Below, in pieces: positions 13,976 through 28,259 of a stretch of DNA of 64,000 nucleotides (positions are counted from its first letter, which is position 1; each line of letters starts with the position of its first letter). The translations under genes were made by a program, and so were the position numbers. The DNA lies in the NCBI RefSeq assembly GCF_009914755.1, contig NC_060947.1; one strand, 5' to 3'. The DNA is from the human T2T-CHM13v2.0 reference genome, Homo sapiens. The notes below the pieces were generated by a model. The model worked only from the letters and a program-made list of their open reading frames with translations. It had not been told where the DNA came from and did no database searches.

Positions 13976-16954
13976 TAAGCAAACTGACACATCCATACCA
14001 TAGACTACCCACTACTCAGCAATTTAAAAATAAAATGAAATGTATGGATACATGCAACAACCTGGATGAATTTCCATGGAGTTATGTTGTGTGGAAAAGG
14101 CCAATCCCAAAAGGTTACATACTGTATGGTTCTATTTTTGTAACATTCTTGAAATGACAAAATTATAGAAATTGATATACACCTACTATATACCCACAAA
14201 AATTAAAAATTAAAAAGATATACAGAAATGGAGAACAGTAGTTGGCAGACGTTAAGGAGGGGATTGGTGTGGGAGGAAAGTAGGTGTAGTTATAAAAGGG
14301 CAGCATGAGAGATCCTTGTAGTGATGGGATGTTCTGCATCTTGATTGTATTAACATCAATATCCTACTTATCATAGTGTACTATAGTTTTGCATGATTTT
14401 ATCATTGGGGAAAACTGAGTAAAGAATACGTGGAATCTTTCCGTATTATTTCTGACAACTGCATGTGAATCTATCTCAAAATAAAAGTTTAATTTAAAAA
14501 GAAATGGCCTTTCTGTTTATCCTCTTCTCTTGGACTCTGCTATGATAATTCTTGCTGAGGTGTCAGTGGGTAGTAAAGGCACTGATATTATCCCACCTCT
14601 CACTTACATCTCAACAGGGGCTTTCTGGAAATTGTAGAAGGCCAACATTTTGTAGAAAAAACTACCTTTAAATTAAAATCAAGATACCTTGAGGCCTGGT
14701 CTTAACATGCTTTGCGACACTGGGCAAACTGCTTAGCCTCTCTGAGATTCTATTTCATCTGTAAATAAAATAAAATAAAAAATCTTTGAGGGTTAAGTGA
14801 AAACACTTGGTAAATCTTGGTAAATTATAAAACACTACACAAAAGGAAGGTCTTCTTCCCTCTCTTCCTCCTTTCCTGTCCTCATTAATTCAGCTCAAGG
14901 AAGCGATCGTGTCCTAGGTCTTCTTGTATCCCTACGGCTTAGCTTAAGTCTGTGCTCTAGGAGGTGTTTCATAAATGATGGTTAATGCTGATAATGGCAG
15001 AATGCTTAAAGCAAGGGTTTGGCTCTAACAGATTAAAGGTGGTTCAGCTCCTAGTGGTGAGAATTTGAAGAGCCCTTCATAGCATCCCAAGTAGACAGTG
15101 CCCTGCCCTGGGCAAAACTTTACTCACAGACATCAAGGGAAGGAAAGTCAGAGCCCATGGAACTGGCCAGCTGCCATTTTGGGGAACCAGAGAGGTAATG
15201 GCTAGAAGCAAAAAGCTTCTCACTTTGACCAAGAACTTTCCTACCCATTATCTTCTTTGCTCCTCACCATCCTCCTGAGGCAGGCATAGCATAGATCATC
15301 CCCATTCTACAATTTGCAAACACTGAAGCTAAACAGGACTGTGACTTGCTCAAGGTTCACACAGCGAATGAATCAGTAACACAGCTGGGGACAGACTCGT
15401 GGGCCAGATATTTTCCACAGCACAGATGGTTACCAAATGGAAAAGCTAAGACAAAGAAAATGCAGGCCTTCCCCACCCCAACTCAGAGCTTCTCCCCAGA
15501 GAATTGTGGCTAGGCTTCCCAGCCCTCTCCACACAATCTCCCATCTAAAGAAGCTGCTGTTGCTGCAGGCCTGGCAGTGTTGGGATGCTGCCTGAGACGG
15601 CTTCCCTCCTTCCAAGCTCTGAGCTTACAGTGACCTATTTAAAGGCAGAGAAATCAGTCTGGGGTTAGGGCCTCTCCCGAGCAGGCAGTGCCTCTCACAG
15701 ATGGCTCTCCAGAGCCTTCCCAGGCACTTCTTCCAACTTCTCCTCGGTGATGACAGCTGGGGGTGGGGTGGGCAGGGAAGCTCCCTTCTCATCTGTCCCT
15801 GAAAGCCCAGAATGTCCTAAGAGGCTTCCCAGGGTCTAAAGAGAACCAAGTTAGGGCCTCCCTGGAAGGCAGGCTAAGGAAAGGTAACAGCTCCCCTCCC
15901 TGTGCCCTGGCCAGGGTCTGGATGCTTTTCCCAGGGGCCCTATCTCTCCACTGCTGCCTCCACCGAAGCTCCAGGATGAAACTGAAAGGGAAATGTGAAA
16001 ATGCAAATGCTCCTTGGGAGGGGAAGTGTCAGAAGCCATTTGCTTGGATTAGTTCATCCATTTGTAGGTTGCCAACTTGGAAAGCAGAGAGGACCGCTGA
16101 GGCCAGGACGAGACGAATGGCAGAGGAGCAGGGTTTGAGGTTGCAGTGAGGGCTCCTGAGCATCCAGCCTTTCAGTCAGCAAGCCATTCAGCAATCCCTT
16201 ACTGAGTGCCTGCCCTGTGTCTGGCCCTGTGCTGTGTCCCAGGGGCCACTGTTTCTGCCCTCCTATTGCCCTCAGTCTAGAATGAAGGGACAGAACTCCC
16301 AGAGGAGACATGAGGCAAGAAGTATGAAGACAAGAGCATATGCTCAGGCCAGTCTGTTTTGGCTTCCAGTCATCTTGTGGGACCTTCAGCAACTGGCCTA
16401 ACCATTCATTTGTTCGTGCATTCATTCACATTAACCATTCCTTCTCTGAATAAGTACTCATGGAGTGCTTACTATGTGCTGGGCACTGGAGATACAGCGG
16501 TGCCCTTCTGGAGCTTACAGCCTAATGGGGGAAAAGACAAAGGAAGGGAGTGGGGAGGAGGTGGCGCTCCTTTAGATAGGGTGTTAAAAGAGACCTCTCA
16601 TTACCATGAAGTCACACTTTAAGAGTTACCCCTTAAAGATCCACAGATGCTTTCCAGCGAGCGCTGCCAAACCTGAAATCGAACAGCATCCTGAAGAAAC
16701 TGCCAACATTTTGCAGACATACAAGACTCAAAAATGGGTCCCTAGCACCTCGTAAAAACCTTCCCCCTTACAAGGCCTCTCACCAGCATACAGGGAGGTT
16801 TGAGTAGGGAAGGAGAAAGGGCGTTGGAATGACGCTCTTGAACATCCAGCTGTTCGGTCAGTGTGTCATTTAGTACTGGCTTACTCCCTATAGGTCCAAA
16901 AATTTCCTCCCTGTCTTAAAGGCACAGTAACTTAGGACCAGTCAGCTTTACTTT

Positions 16955-17720
16955 CCTTCATTCATGTGTTCAAGAAGAATCTACTAAACATCCACAAAGA
17001 GCTGACACTTCTCTGGAGTCTGGAGATTCAGGGGTGAACTAGATAGCCATGGCCTCTCTGGGAGCTTACAGTCTAGTCCATAGGAGAGACAGAGATTAAT
17101 TAATTGCATGAATAATTAATAACAATTGTGCTAAGTGCTTTAAAAGAGACTATAATAGGGAGAACCTCATTCAATGGAGGAGTCAGCGAAGGTATACCTG
17201 AGGAGGTGACTTCTGCAGCTGAGGCCTGAGGGATAAGCGGGATTAGGCCAGGTGAGGAGGTAGGAGAGGAGGAAGTGTTGTCTTACAGACATGTGGAGGA
17301 ATGTGGAATCCCAGAAGCCAGATAGTGTGGTACTTTGAAAGAACACACAGGTTGAGGCTGAGTGAGGTAGGAAGAGAGGCTCAAGATGAGTTCTGGGAAA
17401 TAGGCAAGGAGGGACCAGACAGGCAGAGCCTCACATGCCTTGATAAGGATTTGGGTTTCATCATAAGAAATTTGGGGAGCCACTGAAGGGCTTTGGGCAA
17501 GAGGCCAAATCAAGTTTGCACTGAGGGGAGGGGGGGCAGCCATAGTCAAAGTGCAGAGACAGCTGGAAGGCTGCCACAGTCATCCAGGTGGGAGATGATG
17601 ACAGGAGCTTTGATTCGTGTGGCCTGGTAAAAATGGAGAGCAATGGACAGAGTCCAGACATATTTAGGAAACGGAATCAACAGGACATTGTGATGGATTG
17701 CCTATGGAGCTTCAGTGAAG
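16955..17720 (-). mobile_element. L2
   Basis: ttcattcatg...gagcttacagtctag...gaggaggtgac...ggagccactgaagggcttt...caacaggac L2 signature. Confidence 0.75.
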
Positions 17721-17849
17721 GGAGGCTTCATTCCCATTCTCTAGAGTGGGGCTGAGGACACATAGGAGAAAATCTTCAAAACCAAGGGCTTGGTAAAGAC
17801 TTGGATGGATGTCACGGGCATTATGCTGAGTGAAAAAAGCTGACCTTCA

Positions 17850-18282
<433 letters not shown>

Positions 18283-20389
18283 TTAAGTGAATGTGATCAC
18301 GCCACTGCACTCCAGCCTGGGTAAAAGAGTGAGACTCTGTCTCAAAGAAAAAAAAAAAAAAGAGGAAAATAAAAGAAAGCATTCAATAAAATGAAGCTAC
18401 TATTAAAACCAGGTACTGCCCCCTGTTTTCAGGAAGCCTCCAATTCAGCCCTGTGGACAGGGAAATAAGGGAACCTGTGCCTAGGGTGACATTCATGAGT
18501 CCGGGAGACTCATATTGTATTAAATAGAGGAGGTGGGAAAAGAACGGAGAGGGTAAGGGAAAACATGAGGACATTTTAAAGAAAAAACTAGGAGTACTTA
18601 GGCAAATTAGAAGTTGAGGTTACAGAAGGAATACCTTAAAAGTCTTTGAAAGACAAGCCTGCATTTATTAATGTGTTCACAGGTTATTAACTCTTTAACT
18701 GAAAGTCTGAGGAGTAAATGTCAGGGAAACTTCAGCATTGGGAGCCCCCTTAATGGCATGTCAGTGGAAATAACTGTGTCCTACTAGGGACATGTTACTT
18801 CTTTAATAATTCTCTCCTGACCAAAACTCATCTTTTAAAAAAATAGGCTATTTTTAGATATATAGAATAGTTTTAGGTATATAGTAATATATAGGAATAA
18901 TACATATAACTATAGAATAGTTTCCCCATAGATTTTCTGTCCTTTAGCTTAAGGCCAGACTCCCTTTACAATCCTAATCTTACCTAAGAGTAGATTTTCA
19001 TAGGGGGAGACTACGACATCTCTCAGGTGACAGAAGAAGGGAACAGGGAATATGGGTAAGAAGAGGGAGAAGTCTTCTCTTTCCTGTGTAAGTCTGCCAG
19101 GCCTGTGTGGACAACTTATCATGTCAGGGTGTATCCTTCACCCTTCTTATTCATTGCTGAGAGCTCAGTTCAGTAGGACAGAGCAAGCAGGCCCATGATG
19201 ATGATGAGGAGGAGGAAGAGAAAGATGACATGAGCTACCATGTTTCAGGTACCTACCATGTGCCAGAAACTATGCATGCATTTTCTCTAATTTTCACAAC
19301 AAATCTTACAAAGAAGGTAGTACTGTTAGCACCTTTTAAAAGATGTAAAAACAGCTTCAGATAGGTCAAAAAGTTTGGCAGAGCCGGGTTAAGAACCCAG
19401 GTCTAGTCTTGTCCCAGATGTCCACTTTGAAGGAGACCATAATAGGGAGGACTTCATCTGATGGAAGAGTCAGGAAAGGCCTTACCGAAGAAGTGTCCAA
19501 AGGCCTCTTCTCCAGACACCCTCTCCTTCCTTAAGAGTCAGCCAGCACTTGCTCACACATGGCTGTTAGGCTCCCATTTCCCTGGTGACAGGCAGTAAGA
19601 TGAAGATCAGATAAAGAGCCAGAGGATGATCAGAACCCCAATTTGGTCACGTGTTTGGATTCAAATCTTCTGTTCCATCAAGTTGGGCACCCCCCACCCC
19701 ACCCAAAAACCGAGGAGGCCTAAAATCTGCACAGTGTAATTTCAGAGTGCCTACCCCTCCTCTCATTTGCTGTACCTGAACTTGCAGCCTTCCTTTAGCC
19801 TAGCCCTCTTTTCTCCCATGTGGGGTAGGGACCCACTAGGTCCTCTAAGCTGTCAACATGCAAACCTCTCCAGGAGAGGCCATGGTGGCCTCATAGTGAA
19901 TTCCAAGTGAATCCCAAGTAGGATGGAAGCTTCTGATGGATGTGGAGATAAAGAGAGATTAATGAGTTAGAAGGGAGAAAGACCATCATAGAATGAGGGG
20001 AGAACTGAAGAATGATGTTGGGGAAGGAGTGAAATTGAATATACTAACTTTGTGAATGTTTCAGAAGAGAAAACCAGTGTCTCCTAAGGTAGCCAAACAG
20101 GCTTAAAGTCTTGATGCGAAGAAAACCAATAAATGAAACCTGGCACTGAAAAAATGACAAGAAAGAAGAACATTAAGTTAATTGTAGTTGACTCTGGGTT
20201 ATGGGAATATGGATATATGTACATGTATATACATATATATGTGTGTGTGTGTGTGTACACACATTACTACAATATAGTACAGTAATATGTACATAAAGAA
20301 AGAGATGCGTTCCCTGGCATCCAGGAGCTGCCCTGGTACCATCAGCTAGGTCTTGGTGTTGGTGGTAGCTGTCCTTGCACTTACAGCTG

Positions 20390-20850
20390 GACCATGGTGA
20401 TCTCCTATTGAGCATGAACAATCTCACAGAACGGCAACATCAGACAAGGCCACTCTGTGACAACGATCAACGAAGGCAAAAACCAGACCACACCATAATT
20501 ATGTCTTAACAAAGACTAAACATGAACATTGCCCAAGCCACATAAAGAATCAAATGTCCCCCTCTCCTGGCTAATAAGAGTGATTGCTGCTTCTTCGTTG
20601 CTTCTTTGCCAATTGCAGCTTTAGCCTCACTAGCTTGCCCTCTCTCTGGATACTCTCTAAATAAGAATACCTAGTCACAGAATTGGCCCCGCTTCCTGAT
20701 AGCATCCAATCTAGAGCCAACACCAGCTTCCTTAAATCCTCCAAAAATCACAGGACACAAGCCCAAGTCCTATAAGTGCTTTCTAACACTCTCTTCTTGA
20801 GATGGCCATGGTTTCCCATAGTGTGTATTATTCCTTGCTGCTGGAGAGTA
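20390..20850 (+). mobile_element. MER31-like ERV1 LTR remnant
   Basis: aacatcagacaaggccactctgtgac...atccaatctagagc...cacaagcccaagtcctataag. Confidence 0.6.
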
Positions 20851-20866
20851 TGGAGTATGTGTGCTT

Positions 20867-20926
20867 GATAGACAGATAGATAGATTAGATAGATAGAGAG
20901 ATAGATAGATAGGTGAATAGATAGAT
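20867..20926. repeat. (GATA)n microsatellite
   Basis: Read directly. Confidence 0.9.
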
Positions 20927-21040
20927 GTATTTCACACATGCATATTTTTTTTTCTACATGATTTGGTCTCAGCTTTAAACTCTTCATTTGGCATGAAAAT
21001 GGAGCCTTGGTTTGACTTCTGAAAAACAGAATGAAGTCAT

Positions 21041-21483
21041 TAGCAAAGACAAGGGATCAACCCAGGTTCCCACCAATGGTGGATTGGATAAAGAAAATGT
21101 GGTACATGTACACTATGGAATACTGTGCGGCCATAAAAATAATGAAATCCTGTCCTTTGCAGCAACATGGATGGAGCTGAAGACCGTTATCCTAAGCAAA
21201 CCAACACAGAAATAGAAAACCAAATACCACATATTCTCACTTACAAGTGGGAGCTAAGCATTGGGTACACATGGATATAAAGATGGGAACAACGGACACT
21301 GGGGAATAAAAGGAGCGGGGAAGGGAGGTGGGTAAGGGTTGAAAAACTACATATTGGGTACTATGCTCACTATCTGGGTGGCAGGTTCAATTGTACTCCA
21401 AACCTCAGCATCTTACAATATACCTTTGTAACAAACCTGCGCATGTACCCCCTGAATCTAAAATAAAAGTTGAAAAAAAAAAA
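21041..21483 (+). mobile_element. L1PB-type 3' end
   Basis: L1 ORF2 end, 3'UTR and A-tail; TSD aaaaacaga(a/g)tgaagtc. Confidence 0.85.
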
Positions 21484-21968
21484 CAGAGTGAAGTCTCATT
21501 AATTGAAAGAGCCGTAACTCACAATACTTGATGAGTACTATAACAGGCAGCTGAGGTTTACCTTTGCCCCAACTATAAAAAATGAACAGCAAGCTATGAA
21601 AATTAATCATCTGAATAAAAGTGACTGTGAGACAGTTCAGCTAGTTTAAAAGTAGAATCAATTTGCATGCTAATTATGTGCTAATTACGTTATTCATTAA
21701 CAAAGGTCAAGGGAACCTCTACTTAGTTACATCCTGTTAGGTGTTAGTTGAGGTTACTGTTTTACTTGAAAACAAAAAGTCTATAAATCAGACTTCTTAT
21801 TAAATCAGACCCCTTATTTCAGGGGGCCTTTATCTACTAAATTATTTTGAAACAGCAAGGCCAGCTACCCATCACATACCATCAGGGGTCCCCGGTTGAT
21901 TCATGGAGCAAAGTCACATTGAGTGAATACAGTTATTCCGGCCATTTCAGCAAAGTAATTTGCCATCT

Positions 21969-22631
21969 TGTCTCAGTCTATTTGTGCTGCTATAACAAAA
22001 TACTTGAGACCTGGTAATTTATAAAGAACAGAAATGTATTTTCTCACAGTTCTGGAGGCTGGTAAGTCCAAGATCATGACACCAGCGTGGTGTCTGGTAA
22101 GGGCATCTTCCCATGGTGTCCTCACAATGTGGAAAAGGCAAACGCCGTGTCCTCACATGGCAGAAGGGTAAAAGGGGCAAAAGGCAGCTAGGGCTCTCCC
22201 TTAAAGCTTTCTTCTTTTATTTTTAAAGATGGGGTCTCACCTTATCACCCAGGCTGGAGTGTGGCGTGATCATAGCTCACTGCATCCTGGGCTCAAGCAA
22301 TCCTCATAACTCAGCCCTCCCAAGTAGCTGGAACTATAGGCATGAGACACCATGTACGGCTAATTTGTTTTATTTTATTTTTTGTAGAAATGGTGTCTCA
22401 CTATGTTGCCCAGGGTGGTCTTGAATTTCTGGCCTCAAGTGATCCTCCTGCCTCATACTCCCAAAGCACTAGAATTAGAGGTGTGAGCCACCACACCCAC
22501 CTAGACCCTTCAACATCTTTTATAAGGTCCCTAATCCCATTCACCTCCCAAAGACCCCACCTCATAATATTATCACATTGGGGATTAAGTTTCAATGCAT
22601 AAATTTTGGGGGACACATTCAGACCATTGCA
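21969..22631 (-). mobile_element. MaLR LTR (MST/MLT1A-type) with AluJ insertion (about 22209-22505)
   Basis: tgtctcagtctatttgtgctgctataacaaaatac...ggggacacattcagaccattgca. Confidence 0.8.
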
Positions 22632-22688
22632 CACATCTCTTCACCATTCAGGGCATTTCGGGGGCGCATTCTTCACTCCTCCCTAGTC

Positions 22689-23244
22689 CATGGTTTCTCA
22701 ACTTCGGCATTATTATTTTGGTGCAGATAATTCTTTGTTGTGGAGGATGGCTTTTCTGCCAATTACAGCTTCAGCCTCACTAGCTTGCCCTCTCTCTAGA
22801 TAAGATTTATTGAAATACCTAGTCATAGAATTGACCCTGCTTCCTGATAGCATCCAATCTACAGCAAAGCCTAGTTTCCCTAAACCCTCCCAAAATCACA
22901 GAACACAAGATGTATATTTTACTGTACTATATTATATTCATATATACACACACATTTACATATACGTTTGTATATATATACATCCATATTCCCATAACCC
23001 TGAGTCAATTACAGTTAACTTAATGTTCTTCTTTTTTCATCTTTTTTTCAGTGCCGGGTTTTCATTTATCTAAAGGTCTGTCCCCACAACATTAATATTC
23101 ATTATAGGATACTTAGCAGCATCCCTAGCCCTCTACCCATTAGATACTAGTAGCACAACCCTCTCCTAGTCACAATAATTAAAATAGCCCCCAGATTTTG
23201 CCAAATGCCCCTCGGGGGCAAAATAACCCAGTTGAGAATCACTG
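22689..23244. mobile_element. MER20 DNA transposon split by a 320-bp locally templated insertion
   Basis: catggtttctcaac...gataattctttgttgtgg and agcagcatccctagccctctacccattagat...gttgagaatcactg halves. Confidence 0.8.
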
Positions 23245-23318
23245 TTAGAATCCCCCAGTTTTACTGAGTGGCTTGCACTTCTAATCTCTTTTGACCACCC
23301 CCCAACCAGCAATCCCCC

Positions 23319-23679
23319 ATATGGTTTATCTGTATCCCCACCCAAATCTCACCTTGAATCAATTGTAATTATGCTCACATGTCAAGGGCGGGGCCAGGTG
23401 GAGATAATTGAATCATGGGAGTGGTTTCCCCCATACTGTTCTCATGGTAGTGAATAAGTCTCACAAGATCTGATGGTTTTATAAATGGGAGTTCCCTTGC
23501 ACAAGCTCTCTCTTGCCTACCACTATGTAAGACGTGACTTTGCTCATCATTGGCCTTCCAACATTATTGTGAGGCCTCCCCAGCCATGTGGAACTGTGAG
23601 TCCATTAAAATCTTTTTCCTTTATAAATTACCCAGTCTCAGGTATGTCTTTATTAGCAGCATGAGAACGGACTAATACA
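23319..23679 (+). mobile_element. THE1 (THE1C-like) solo LTR
   Basis: atatggttt...ccccacccaaatctcaccttgaat...gagaacggactaataca. Confidence 0.9.
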
Positions 23680-23692
23680 ACCCACCCCCCAC

Positions 23693-23695
<3 letters not shown>

Positions 23696-23732
<37 letters not shown>
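23696..23732. repeat. (CA)n microsatellite
   Basis: Read directly. Confidence 0.95.
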
Positions 23733-23734
<2 letters not shown>

Positions 23735-24934
23735 ACTTAAAATAGATAACAGAGAGTCATCTGGAGTCTTGACCCTAGGCTTATTGCTGCCTCCACACAG
23801 ATGCAAGGGCAGCATACAACCAAGGCACAGTTGGAGAGATGAGGCTTAGATAACCCCCCAGTCAGCCTCCTGGAATAAAGGAGGATTTCCAGGTGTCTGT
23901 CTGTCACTGGCCCCTTTGCCTTTGAGGGGACTCCAGTGGTTCCCCTTGTTTAACCACCTTTCCCCTCTACAATTATAGGAGGGACCCCTTGCCTCCCAAC
24001 TGTTTAAGTGCTCAGTGCTAGAAACCTACTCTGTGTTGGCCCTGGGTTAAAAAGATAGGTAAGGCAAACAAGTGACAGACAATCCCAATACAGTTTGGCC
24101 AGGGATCTGAGAGAGAGAAAAGCCCCAGGAGACTGTGGGATCCCCAAGAAGGGGGCCTGGCCTAGCCTGGAAAGTCAGGGAAGGGGACCTGGAGGAGGTG
24201 GCATTTAAGCCAAGTTAGGAAAGAAGAATGAGAATGAGCAAGGCAAAGACTGCACTGGGCTGAGCTGGTCTGGGATAGGGCCAGAGAGGGGTTTAGAACA
24301 GATGGATGTGTGTGGAGGGCAGTGGTAACTCCAAGTTGTTGGGTACTGCCCTAGCTTGAACAGGAGCAATGAGAGATGGAGCAGAGTGATAGGCAGGGGC
24401 TTGCTCAAAAAAAAGCCTTGTATGCCAAGGTCAGAATGACATTCTTTATACTGAAGAGTTGTAGGTCTTGAAGAACTCCTAGAAATGTTACTGGATAAAC
24501 TCCGCTTGGTCATAGTGCATTATTCTTTTTATAAGTTGCTGAATCCCATCTGATAATATATTGTTGAGGATTTCTGAGTCTATATTCGTTAGAGATATTG
24601 GTCTGTAATTTGATTAATTGACTGACTGATGGACTGCTTGATTGATTGATTTTTGGACTAGCTTTGTCTGTTTTTGGTATTAGGGTGATGCTGGCCTCAT
24701 AAGGTAAGTTCTATTTTCTGAAATAAATTATGTAGAACTGCTGTTATTTTCTATTTAAATATTTGTTAACATTTACCAATGAAGCCATCTGGGCCTGGGC
24801 TTTTCTTTGTGGAATGTCTTAAATAACTAATCCAATTTCTTTAATAATTATAGAGTTATTCAGGCTATTTAATTCATTTTGGGTAGTTTTAGTAGTTTGT
24901 GGTTTTCAAGGAATTGATCCATTCCATTTCATCT

Positions 24935-25321
<387 letters not shown>

Positions 25322-25625
25322 TAAGGTCTTCAGTGCCTGTGTTGGCATCCCCTGTTTCATTCCTGGTACTGATCATTTGTGTCTTTCTTTTTTTCTTTGT
25401 CAGTGTTGCTAGAGATTTGTTATTTTCATTGATCTTTTCAAAGAATCTGTTTTTGGTTTCATTGTTTTTTCTGTTGTTTTTCTATTTTCAATTTCATTGA
25501 TGTCTGCTCCTTATTATTTCCTTCTTTTGGTTTGCTTTGGGTTTATTTTACTCTGTAGGTTTTTCAGGTAGAAGCTTAGATTATTGATTTGAGATCTTTC
25601 TTCTTATATAAGCCTTTAATGCCAT

Positions 25626-26334
25626 TGTAGGGGCAGAAAGGGGGTGATTCCTTTTCTCCCCATTTATAAAAGGTCATAGCCAACACCCCTATAACAAAAA
25701 ACAAGTTAACAAGAGAAAAACATAACAAATTTATTATGTGCACATGTGTGCATGGAAGTCATACAAAACATGAACTCAAAGAGGGACCAGATGGTTGAGG
25801 CTTAAATGCTCTCTTCATAGGGGAATGGGAAATGGATGAACAAATAGGCCCAATGCTCAGACAATGGTTTGTAAATGATTCTCCTTGGAAAGATGAGAGG
25901 CAGAACTGCACAGGAACCAAAGTTGTCTTATTATGCAAATAAAGTCTCTCAGATAATCTCTGGGAGCCGTTCTTAGAATCCATGAAGGTTTGTCTGGGCA
26001 TGGTGATGACTCCCAGTCTCTTCTCTTCTCCAGTGGTTGATCTTTCCTGGTTATTTCATGAGATCCCTAGGGTGGAGGTCTTAAGACAATTGCATTTCTT
26101 TTGGAAAAAAATCTTTCTTAGGCAGATAAGGAAATTCCAGAGAGAGAGAGAGAGAGAGTCCTTCCCTGTGCTTGGGGGAAAAGGATCAGAAAAACAAGGA
26201 AGTGGGGGATGGCGAGCGGGGGTTGTTCAGAGAGAGACCTTGGCTATGAGGCTTATTTCTGAGGCCTTTCAATTTTCAAAGCAGTCAGCATGCCAAAGAG
26301 CTATGTTTTGGGGGATTTTTTCTGCACCCCAACA
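25626..26334 (-). mobile_element. MER39/MER34-like ERV1 solo LTR
   Basis: TG...CA termini (tgtagggg...gcaccccaaca); degenerate 4-bp TSD within the L1. Confidence 0.75.
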
Positions 26335-26579
26335 CTACAAATTTCCATCTCAGCTTTGCATTAACCACAACCCACAAAATTGATATGTTGTATTTTCATC
26401 TTCATTCAAAATATCTTCTAATTTTCCTTGAATCTTTCTCTTTGACCCATGGGTTACTTAGAATTATGTGGTTTACTTTCCAAGTATTTGGAGATTTTCT
26501 TTTTATCTCTCTGTTATTGATTTCTAGCTTGATTCCATTGCAGTCAAAGAACATATTCTGTAATTTCAATTCTTTTTAA

Positions 26580-27063
<484 letters not shown>

Positions 27064-27099
27064 CTTAACTCTTACATTTGCTGAGACTTATTTTATCAC

Positions 27100-27492
27100 T
27101 GCTATGGTTTGGATGTTTGTCCCTTCCAAAATTCATGTTGAAATTTAATTGCCATTGTAACAATATTAAAAGGTAAAACTTTTAAGAGGTAATGAGATCC
27201 CAAGGCCTCTCCCCTCATGATGGAATTAATGCCCTTATGAAAGGGCAGGTTTGGCCTCCTCTTGCCTCCTTCCTCTTTGTTCTTCTGCTATGTAAGTAAT
27301 AGCATTCCTCCCCTCCAGAGGATGCAGCATTCAAGGCACCATTGCGGGATCAGGTCCTTGCCAGACACCAAACCTGCCAGTGCCTTGATCTTGGACTTCC
27401 TAGTATCCAGAACTCTGAGAAATAAACTTCTGTTCTTTATAAATTACCCAGTCTCAGATATTCTGTTATAACAGCACAGAACAGCCTACAAC
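27100..27492 (+). mobile_element. MaLR LTR (MST-type)
   Basis: tgctatggtttggatgtttgtccc...aattacccagtctcag...acagcacag. Confidence 0.8.
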
Positions 27493-27884
27493 GATGACTC
27501 AGGCTATGACTTATCTTGGTGAATGTCCCATGTGCACTTGAAAAGAATGTATATTTTGCTGTAGTGAGTAGAGTGTCGTTTCAATGTCAATTAGATCTTA
27601 CTTGGTTGATGATGTTGAGTTCATCTATAACACTTGCTGACTTTGTCTTAGTCATGTACATTTTTACCAGATTTAGGGAAATAAAGTGCAGCCCTCACTT
27701 GATACCCGCTGCTCTGGGGATTGAATGGGGGATGGTGAAATCTGATTTAAGGGGTGCCAGTACAAAAGGTCTCCCTGACTTCAAGTTTCTCTTACACACA
27801 GGTGCAAAATTTGATGATGTTCACCAACCTAAAGCTTCTTCTCCAGCAGGAGGCCCCTGAGATTAGATACATTTCTCTGATTAA

Positions 27885-28259
<375 letters not shown>

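Noticed and set aside
16625-16760. Exon-like stretch with a few CpGs between L2 fragments
   Set aside because: Short open frame with no recognisable protein and no convincing splice-site pair.
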